Shown here one piece after another: positions 32,101 to 39,715 of a DNA stretch of 64,000 bases (positions within the stretch are counted from its first letter, which is position 1; the number at the start of each line of letters is the position of its first letter). The position numbers were made by a program, and so were the translations under genes. Under the pieces are notes generated by a model. That model was not told where the DNA came from. It did no database searches and worked only from the letters and a program-made list of their open reading frames with translations. Source of the stretch: Acidobacteriota bacterium (lineage in GTDB: Bacteria > Acidobacteriota > UBA890 > WLXD01). Location: positions 224,001 to 288,000 of the forward strand of contig CAXWPL010000005.1 of NCBI GenBank assembly GCA_963666215.2. Reading direction: 5' to 3'.

Positions 32101-33579
32101 CTCGGTCTCCTCCGTGGACGACGACGGCCGAGTTTGAGTGGAAGGCGTCGGGCACCATTGAAACCCTACCGACCCCCGCTTTGGGCGGCGCGCCGCGCAG
32201 CTTGCCCTCGCGAGCCAGATCGCGGACGTAGCTGTTGCTACGCCCCATGAGCACGAGGGGCCTGTCCTCCTCGTCGGGCTTGGTCAGCTCGCGATCGAAT
32301 CCGACGAGTGGGAAGCTGAGTCCGGTCGACTCCAGCCCGATGCGAGCGGTGAGCTCGGCAACTCCTGCCGCCGCGTATCCGGCTTCGGCAGCTGTCGCGT
32401 CAGGGATGACGATCATGGTGTCGGAATCGTCGGGAATCCGGTCGCCGTCGTCGTCGGCAAGCAATCCGTCACGGGCGGAGAAAAGCTGCGTCAGGTCGAA
32501 GGTCCGTGCCCGCGCGGGCCCTCGCGGCGTCGCGCCAAACCGGCCACGCCCGGCTCCCGCCGCCCGGGACGTCTGGAAGCGCTGTGGAGCGACGCGCGGC
32601 GGATTGAGCATGCGGGCAGGGACGCCGCGACGCGGCAACTCGACGTCGGCGCCACCGTCGCTCAGTTGCACCACCAGGGTACGAACGCTGGCGTAGTTGA
32701 GTCGATCGGGTCGCGTCCCTGCACGTGCCGGGCCTGCAGCAGCTCGAACCCCTGGCGTGCCTGCGCGGCATTTTCCTGCACGTCGACGCTCATCACCAGC
32801 TGGACCGCCTCGGCGGCTCCCGTGGCGTACGTCACCTCGTCGAACGACACGGCTCCGGGCTCGATTGCCACTCCCTGATCGGCGAGCCACGCGGCCGCCT
32901 CCTCGGCAATGCGCCCGTAGGTGTCGCCGTTCTGCCGTCCGATCACGCTCCACAAGTACGGGCTGCGCGACGCAAAGGCTTCACCGTCAGCCTGCGTGCC
33001 CGCGGGATCCGCGCCGGCGATGAACACCGTGTTGCCGCGCCGCGTGGCGAGTCCCTCGCCCTCTGCGAGTTGAGCGATCCGATTCGTGACACCGGCCGGT
33101 GAGCCGGCGTGAGACCCGATCATGAAGACCAGCGCTGCCGTGCCGGAGTCGGGGGCGTCGCCCTGAAAGACCAGCGGGAAGCTGAGGCCGGCGGTTTCGA
33201 GCCCGAGGCGCGCGGCCACGGCGGCGGCGGCGGCGACTTCGCCAGCGGCCGCGTCCTCGGGAAGGACGATGCGAGCCGAGACGAAGTCGATCTGGTCGTC
33301 ACCGTTGCGGTCCTGCAGTGCCAGGCCCGGCTCGAACACCGCGGCGAGGCCGCCGGCGACCATCGCTCCCTCCTGGACTCGAATCATCGCGCCCTCGAGA
33401 AGACTCGGACCTGAGGGAATTCCGGCAACCACCGGCGGAACCGCCACAAGCAGCAGACACACGAAGACAAAGGGTCGGATCCGCAAGCGATCACGTCCAC
33501 CGATTACCGCGGGCCGGCCGTTCACACGATCACGATCGTTACCTGGCCTACCCACTCGACGTGTCGCCCTCGAACCCAT
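29153..33579 (-). pseudogene. Large secreted M14 zinc-carboxypeptidase-family protein split by a 1-bp frameshift near 32709 (real lesion or sequencing error)
   Basis: ORF 32662-33660 has a signal peptide and first repeat. ORF 29153-32953 has a second repeat plus RQHANE, QPVVNPDG and NPHGYPSHEW. Adding one base at CCC(G)AT joins them as ...QGRDPDRLNY... Confidence 0.82.
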
Positions 33580-33816
33580 GGTTTTCAGCCTCTGTGTAGT
33601 GGTCCTCCTGGCGGAGGAGACCCCGATCCTGGCAGGAGTGTCTGCCGGCTCGCCGCCCACAGGCGCCGACCCGCGCGTTTCATGCGGGTGTAGGTGTACT
33701 CGAAATCGGCGTCTCGATAAAGCGAGAGGGCCTTTCTGGCCCGGCCGTGGCCCGATGTGTTGCCCTCCTCACCGAGCACAACCGGACTCGATCGACTCCG
33801 AAGACTCCGACCGGAG

Positions 33817-34500
33817 CTATCGCCAGAGGGTCCAGCGCGCTTCCTCCGGAGCCCACCACCACAACGTCAGCCGTCCGGTGGGTCCGTATACGCGGAGCGC
33901 CACCGACTCACCGTTGCGGTTACGCAGGTAGAGGCTCCCGGGGGAAGCGCTCCCCGCCGGTGACGCGGCGAGAATCCGGCTCCTCCCGAAAGCCACGCCG
34001 CCGCGCCCCGCAGAGGCGCCGCCAGGTGGCCCCACCGTGGGCGGAAGCCCGGCGAGAACGCCCGGAAAGGCCACATCCAATCGGACCGCGCCCGACAGAT
34101 AGCGATCAACACCGCTCGCCAGATCACCTCGCCGCAGGCCGTCGCCATCACCGTCTTCGGCCAGACGCCACTCGAGATCGCCGTCTTGCGGCGCATCGTT
34201 GAACACCATGCCGTGGGTACGCCTGGCGGCCGCGGCTGCCACCCGCAACCCGGTAACCCTCAAGGCAAGGTGGCGCGCCGCACCCCGCAGGCGCAGACGC
34301 TCGGTCCAGCGGGCGTAGATGGGTGCCGCCGCCTGCAGCAACACCAGCAGCAGCGCCAGCGATACCAGCGCCTCGAGCAAGCCGTAGCCGGGAGGCCCAG
34401 GTGGGGACCCGGACCCGGGCCTCCGGCTCGGCTGGCCGCCCCCTACCCCCCCACAGCTCCTCCTGGAATCCGGCGTCCGGTGGGCGGGTGCGACACGCAA
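33817..34500 (-). CDS. GspH/FimT-like pseudopilin
   Basis: Prepilin-like G|YGLLEALVSLALLLVLL, RLRGAARHLA...AAAARRTHGMVF, C-terminal PGSLYL...VYGPTGR; downstream of comEA. Start uncertain. Confidence 0.7.
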   Translation of the reverse strand: MRVAPAHRTPDSRRSCGGVGGGQPSRRPGSGSPPGPPGYGLLEALVSLALLLVLLQAAAPIYARWTERLRLRGAARHLALRVTGLRVAAAAARRTHGMVFNDAPQDGDLEWRLAEDGDGDGLRRGDLASGVDRYLSGAVRLDVAFPGVLAGLPPTVGPPGGASAGRGGVAFGRSRILAASPAGSASPGSLYLRNRNGESVALRVYGPTGRLTLWWWAPEEARWTLWR

Positions 34501-34507
34501 CGACGGT

Positions 34508-34858
34508 CTACTTGTCGTCCGTAAGCTTGATGTACGGACGCATCTTCTCGAGCGTCGACTCGCCGATCCCGCGGATGTTGAGAAGATCCTCGACGCGCTC
34601 GAACGTCCCGTTGCCCTGCCGGAACTGAATGATGCGCTCCGCGGTCGCGGGCCCCACGCCTGGAATCGCCTGCAGCTGTTCCGTCGAGGCCGTGTTGATG
34701 TTGACTCGCACCGCCGGTTGCGGTGCCGCAGCCTGCTGGGTTGCCAGGAAAATCTCCGGCCCGGGAGTCGGCACGGCCACGGTCCCCGGCACGACCGGCG
34801 CCAGCGGCGCGCTCGTGGCGACCAGTGCGATGAGTACGGTTGTTGCGATCGTCAGCAT
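34508..34858 (-). CDS. comEA: ComEA-family periplasmic helix-hairpin-helix DNA-binding protein
   Basis: Signal peptide, VNINTAS, IPGVGPATAERII, EDLLNIRGIG; strong AAGGAGGT RBS. Confidence 0.93.
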   Translation of the reverse strand: MLTIATTVLIALVATSAPLAPVVPGTVAVPTPGPEIFLATQQAAAPQPAVRVNINTASTEQLQAIPGVGPATAERIIQFRQGNGTFERVEDLLNIRGIGESTLEKMRPYIKLTDDK

Positions 34859-34946
34859 GCTGCACCTCCTTGTGAGGAGTCGAGCGGCGGCGAAGCGGCG
34901 CCTGGCGCGGCGATCCTGCCACCGTCATCAATAGAACGGGCGGAAC

Positions 34947-34970
34947 GCCCTACGTTGGCCCTACATAGGG
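34947..34970. promoter_or_regulatory. Putative operator upstream of comEA: GCCCTAC direct repeat at 11-bp period plus an inverted half-site
   Basis: gccctac-gttg-gccctac-ataggg in the comEA/proS divergent intergenic region. Confidence 0.4.
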
Positions 34971-35191
34971 ATCAGACGGGCACCGCCAGGTGCTTTTCCG
35001 CCGCGTCGCGAGCAATCGCGCGCCGGTCGCCGCCGTCCGCCGCGATACGCACCGCTGTGCTCGATTGCGCGCCTATGAGGCCCATGCTAGCGTCCGCACA
35101 CGGGGCGGCATCGATCTCTCTCCGCTTTGGCTCCGCGCTCCCGACTCCGCGAGCGCCGCCGCCCGACTCTTCCCGACTCTCGAGAAATCCG

Positions 35192-36652
35192 ATGGGCAAG
35201 GCCACGCACGACGAGTTCGTCACCGAGATCGCCTCGAAGTCCGAGGACTTCCCGCGCTGGTACACCGACGTCGTGCGTCGCGCCGAGCTCGCCGACTACT
35301 CGCCGGTGAAGGGCTGCATGGTGATCCGACCTTACGGATACGGCCTCTGGGAGAACACCCGCGACCACCTCGACGCGCGCATCAAGGCAACCGGACATCA
35401 AAACGCCTACTTTCCGCTCTTCATCCCCGAGAGCCTCCTGCAGAAAGAAGCCGACCACGTCAAAGGCTTTGCTCCCGAAGTCGCATGGGTGACTCACGGC
35501 GGCAAGAACAAGCTCGAGGAACGTCTTGCCGTGCGACCGACCTCCGAGGCCATCATCTGCAGCATGTACGCCAAGTGGATCCGCTCATGGCGCGACCTGC
35601 CGGTGCTGATCAACCAGTGGGCGAACGTGGTTCGATGGGAAAAGGTCACGCGCTTCTTCCTACGCACCACCGAGTTTCTATGGCAAGAGGGCCACACGGC
35701 TCATGCCACGGCGGACGAGTGCGAGGAAGAGGCGCGCAAGATGCTCGGCGTGTACACCGACTTCCTGCACGAAGACCTCGCGATCCCGGTTGTCCCAGGA
35801 ATCAAGACCGACAAGGAGAAGTTCGCCGGCGCCGACCACACCTACACGGTCGAGGCCCTGATGAGCGATGGCCGGGCACTTCAGGCGGGCACGTCCCACA
35901 ACCTCGGGCAGAACTTCGCCAAGGCCTTCGACATCCGTTTCGAAGATCAGAACCAGCAGCTGCAATCGGTTTGGCAGACCTCGTGGGGCATGACCACGCG
36001 CGTGATCGGGGCGCTCATCATGACCCACGGCGACGACAACGGACTCATCTTGCCGCCGCGGGTGGCCCCCTACCAGGTTGTCATCGTGCCGATTGCCGGA
36101 CGCAAGGGAAACGACTACGAAGAATCGGTGCTGCCAGCCGCGATTGCGCTACGAGAGCGACTGCAGGAGGCCGGCGTCCGTGTGTTCCTCGACGATCGAG
36201 CCGAGCACACACCGGGGTGGAAGTACAACGAATGGGAGCTCCGCGGAGTGCCGCTCCGCGCCGAGATCGGTCCACGTGACGTGCAGAACGAGCAGACGGT
36301 TTTTGTGCGACGCGACAACCGCGCCAAGGAGTTCGCGCCGCTGGCTGACGTCGGTGCAACCGCCACGCGGCTGCTAGAGGAGCTGCAACACGACATGCTG
36401 GAACGCGCCCGCGCCTTTGTCGAAGAGAACACGCACGCTATCTCGAGCTACGACGAGTTTCGCGAGCAGATGGCCGGCGGACGCGGCTTTCTGAGGGTCA
36501 ACTGGAGCGGCGATCGAGAGCTCGAGGAACGCATCCAGCAGGAGACTTCGGCAACAATCCGCTGCCTCCTGCTCGACACCGAGCCCGACGGGCCCTGTTT
36601 CATGACGGGCAAGCCGGCCGAGCACGTGGCGTTGTTCGCCAAGGCGTACTAA
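35192..36652 (+). CDS. proS: Proline--tRNA ligase, archaeal/eukaryote-like type
   Basis: WYTDVV, VKGCMVIRPYG, RPTSE, FLRTTEFLWQEGHT, QAGTSHNLGQNF, C-terminal FAKAY; no INS editing insertion visible. Confidence 0.97.
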   Translation: MGKATHDEFVTEIASKSEDFPRWYTDVVRRAELADYSPVKGCMVIRPYGYGLWENTRDHLDARIKATGHQNAYFPLFIPESLLQKEADHVKGFAPEVAWVTHGGKNKLEERLAVRPTSEAIICSMYAKWIRSWRDLPVLINQWANVVRWEKVTRFFLRTTEFLWQEGHTAHATADECEEEARKMLGVYTDFLHEDLAIPVVPGIKTDKEKFAGADHTYTVEALMSDGRALQAGTSHNLGQNFAKAFDIRFEDQNQQLQSVWQTSWGMTTRVIGALIMTHGDDNGLILPPRVAPYQVVIVPIAGRKGNDYEESVLPAAIALRERLQEAGVRVFLDDRAEHTPGWKYNEWELRGVPLRAEIGPRDVQNEQTVFVRRDNRAKEFAPLADVGATATRLLEELQHDMLERARAFVEENTHAISSYDEFREQMAGGRGFLRVNWSGDRELEERIQQETSATIRCLLLDTEPDGPCFMTGKPAEHVALFAKAY

Positions 36653-36782
36653 CCGCTTCCCGGGCATACCGATCCCCTTCGCGCCTTCGATCGGATCGCG
36701 AGCTCGGGTTCGCCAGCTTCGACAGTGGCGGTCGCGAGAAGTGAAGGGTCGCCGCCCGCGTTCGCCTGGTCGGGCGGATGTG

Positions 36783-38975
36783 CTACTGGGAGCTCACATC
36801 GAGCTTCGCGAGCAACTCCAGCGCCGCACGCACGTCAGGCTGCTCGGGGTCCAGTTGCAGCGAGGCGCGATAAGCCGCCGCCGCGTTGGCCGGCTCACCC
36901 AACGCCTCGAGGATCGCGGCGAGCTCCTTCCAAGCAACGGCCGTCGGCCGCGCGGCCACGAGCTGCCGCACCAGCGGACTCGCCTCCTCGGCGCGGCCAA
37001 CGCCGCGCAGCGCGCGACTGAGGTTCAGGATGTCCGCGGGCCCGGCGCCGCCCGAGCCACGTAGGCGCGTAAGCGCATCGATGCTGGCGTCGAAGTCCTC
37101 CTCGTCGAGAGCCAGCTGAGCCAACGATCGCAACAAGTCGGGCGACCCCGGCGTGCGCTGCAGCCCGGCCACCAGATAGTCCCTCGCCAGTTCACCCTGG
37201 CCGACGCGGGCGTGCTGCAGGGCGCGGGCGCGGTACTCGGATACATCGCCCGGAGCGGCGTCGCCGCCCAGCAGAATCTCTGGTGTTCGCGGCTCGCGTC
37301 CGCTTTCTACAACCGTGATCGGGGCCTCGACGCTGAGCTCCTGTCCGTTCCCTACTCGAGCGCTCAACCGAACCTTGTAAGCCCCCGGCTCAACCCCGTT
37401 CAAGGGCAGCTCCACCCGCAGGTCGGTTGGTGACGGGGCCGGCTGCGTAGGCAGATCCGCCGTGTACACCGTCGACCTGCCGACGCCCGACTCGTCAACG
37501 AGCGTAACGGTCGCCACAATCGTCGGTGCAACCGCGGCCGCAAGATCAGGCACAACCTGCGCCAGCACCAACAGCTGTCCGCGGTTGCCAACAATCCCAT
37601 CGACGCTCGGCACGAGTTGCGAGTCGCCAAACCGGAACGCCCGCGGCCCGGTCTCGGTTGGCGGCGTTCGTGCCGGCACGGCGGCACGCGCAAGCAGCAG
37701 CTCGCTCATCGCCCAGCCACCCTCGGGTACCGTGGGCACCCTCACTCGCACCGACTCAACCGCCCGCTCGTCGGCGACCTTGTTGACGAAGGTCAGCGAC
37801 ACGTCATACACGCCAGGAATCATGTCGACGCGATCGAACCAGGCCAGAGGCGCTCGGATCACCTCGTCCTTCTTGGCCTCATCGAAGTGTTGCTCGACAT
37901 TCTGGCTAACGGTCTCGACCTCGGTCTTCCGAAGGTCAGTGATCGTCAGGTCAACCCCGAGGCTGACGTAGTAGTCGTCTTCGTACTGGCCGAGCAGAAC
38001 TCGCTGCGTAGGGATTTGCACGGCGTAGTGGATGAACGGAATGCCACGACTGTCCCAAAAGCCGTACGCCGCGAAATCCACCGGTACACGATCGAACGCG
38101 ACAACCGACTCCGCACTGCCGCGGTTTGCGAAGAAGCGCGTGGCATAGGCCGCATCCACGCGCCGGTACGGTGCCTCTGCAATCCCGCGCTGCACGAAAG
38201 CGTTGCCGGCGGACGGTCGCGGGTCACGAAAGTCGGTCGGCTCCGACAGGTTCATGTTGACGGCCGCGTGGGCGAGCTCCGCACTGAGTGATACGCGCAG
38301 GTGCTCGATGATCTGGACGGGCTCGCGCAGCTGCAGCGTGATTTGTTTTGCGAGTTGCTCTGGCCCATCGGCAAACGGGTCATACAGGCGGAACTCCTGC
38401 GACTGCTGCGGCCTGAAGAACAGCGTGTAGAAGAACGCGGGCAGGGCCGTGCCAATCGGATCGACGGCGTAGGTCCAGAGCTCCATCGGCCAGAACGCCC
38501 GGGGGGCGACGAAGCGCTGGACTTCCTGGGGCTCGCCGAGCTGGATGTACGTCCTGCCGCGATCGGTCATCCAGCCGGCGCGCGGCGTCTCCTGGCCAAG
38601 CTGGCGGTTGGCAAAGGCCACCCGACGGTAGTGTTCCTCGAGCGCCTCGTTCTTGACGGTCCCGGGACTCGGATCGCGGGTGCGCCAGAATGCCTTGATG
38701 AACCCCTCGCGCTCTTCGTCGCTGCCCAGCTTTTCGAAAACCTCGCGCTCGAACGGGCTGATGATGTAGATGACGTCGTGGGTTAGCCAGGCTTCGTGCT
38801 TTTCCGCCAGCGGCGCCGGAGGGGGGGCCCCCTCTTCGAGTAGCTGCGCCGACGCCTCCGGAATGGCCATCGTAGGCGTCCCGGCATCCGGCGGACGCCC
38901 CGCGGATGTGGCGATCAACGCCACCGTCAGAGCAACCAGCGTGCGCCAGCGGTACCGACTTCGGCCAGGGTGCAT
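36783..38975 (-). CDS. GWxTD-domain protein with C-terminal TPR repeats, predicted exported
   Basis: Signal-like N-terminus, WLTHDVIYII, FWRTRDPSP, EHYRRVAFAN, GWMTDRGRTYIQLGEP, C-terminal TPRs (AYRASLQLDPEQ). Confidence 0.9.
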   Translation of the reverse strand: MHPGRSRYRWRTLVALTVALIATSAGRPPDAGTPTMAIPEASAQLLEEGAPPPAPLAEKHEAWLTHDVIYIISPFEREVFEKLGSDEEREGFIKAFWRTRDPSPGTVKNEALEEHYRRVAFANRQLGQETPRAGWMTDRGRTYIQLGEPQEVQRFVAPRAFWPMELWTYAVDPIGTALPAFFYTLFFRPQQSQEFRLYDPFADGPEQLAKQITLQLREPVQIIEHLRVSLSAELAHAAVNMNLSEPTDFRDPRPSAGNAFVQRGIAEAPYRRVDAAYATRFFANRGSAESVVAFDRVPVDFAAYGFWDSRGIPFIHYAVQIPTQRVLLGQYEDDYYVSLGVDLTITDLRKTEVETVSQNVEQHFDEAKKDEVIRAPLAWFDRVDMIPGVYDVSLTFVNKVADERAVESVRVRVPTVPEGGWAMSELLLARAAVPARTPPTETGPRAFRFGDSQLVPSVDGIVGNRGQLLVLAQVVPDLAAAVAPTIVATVTLVDESGVGRSTVYTADLPTQPAPSPTDLRVELPLNGVEPGAYKVRLSARVGNGQELSVEAPITVVESGREPRTPEILLGGDAAPGDVSEYRARALQHARVGQGELARDYLVAGLQRTPGSPDLLRSLAQLALDEEDFDASIDALTRLRGSGGAGPADILNLSRALRGVGRAEEASPLVRQLVAARPTAVAWKELAAILEALGEPANAAAAYRASLQLDPEQPDVRAALELLAKLDVSSQ

Positions 38976-39193
38976 CGGAAGACTCCTGAGCGTCGCTGCC
39001 TCGGATCGGCTCAACGAGACGCCGTGACGGCCGTGGGAAGCCTGAACAATCGAAGAGCGGTCAGGACTCGGTCCCGACCGCTCTCGATTGTATCTTGCGG
39101 CCAACCCCGATCTCACGCTCTCAGCTCAACCGCCGTTGCGGGCAAGCCGGTGCTTCAGGGCCGGTCTCTCAAACTCTTCGTGTCTGCGCCGCT

Positions 39194-39613
39194 CTACCAG
39201 TCGTCTCCGCGGAGCCCGCCTCGGAGAACAATCACGCCGAGGAAAGCGCTGATCGCGCCGACGCCGTACGACACATACGAGTCGTCGTTCTTTTTGCGAC
39301 CGAAGATGTCACCTTCGGAGTCCCAAAGGTCTGCGCCATTCACGATCACCGCGGCCCCTCCGAGAATCAAGAGAACACCCACCAAAACCTTGCCGCCGTT
39401 CTTGCCACTTTGGAGAACGACAGGGGTCGCCGCACCACTGGCCACGTCCTCGCCGATGATCGCTCTGGCAGCGTCATCGAGGGCGAGGCGGAAACCCGGC
39501 GTCGTGGTGGCGGCCACCGGCTTTTCGGGGCCCTCCGACGGAGCCGGAACTACGGCAAGCGCCGGCGCCGCAATCAGGCTGGTCGCGAGAACCATCGTGA
39601 TAATTCGTTTCAT
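39194..39613 (-). CDS. Small secreted or membrane protein with two Gly-rich hydrophobic segments
   Basis: MKRIITMVLATSLIAAPALA signal peptide, GAGGAG RBS, VLVGVLLILGGAAVIVNG and YGVGAISAFLGVIVL. Confidence 0.8.
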   Translation of the reverse strand: MKRIITMVLATSLIAAPALAVVPAPSEGPEKPVAATTTPGFRLALDDAARAIIGEDVASGAATPVVLQSGKNGGKVLVGVLLILGGAAVIVNGADLWDSEGDIFGRKKNDDSYVSYGVGAISAFLGVIVLRGGLRGDDW

Positions 39614-39660
39614 CGAGCTCTCCTCGTTCGTCTCGTCGTCCTGAGAACAAAGCCGCCGAG

Positions 39661-39693
39661 CGCCGCGGCCCGTTTATTCCGCGGGCCGCGGCG
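39661..39693 (-). terminator. GC-rich 12-bp stem hairpin downstream of the TonB-dependent receptor
   Basis: cgccgcggcccg-tttattccg-cgggccgcggcg is a perfect inverted repeat; no immediate U-tract. Confidence 0.6.
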
Positions 39694-39715
39694 ATCGGGT
39701 CAGGCTCGAGTCAGG

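Noticed and set aside
34718-35191. Long N-terminal extensions in the ORF track for proS (also coaBC, rpoZ, gcvPB, lpxB, aroA)
   Set aside because: They overlap neighbouring genes and are low-complexity; downstream starts fit the family N-termini.
36653-36782. Nested pairings after proS (CCCTTC/GAAGGG, CGCCA/TGGCG, CCGCCCG/CGGGCGG) as an ncRNA
   Set aside because: Short GC stems are expected by chance; at most a bidirectional terminator, with no known RNA motif.
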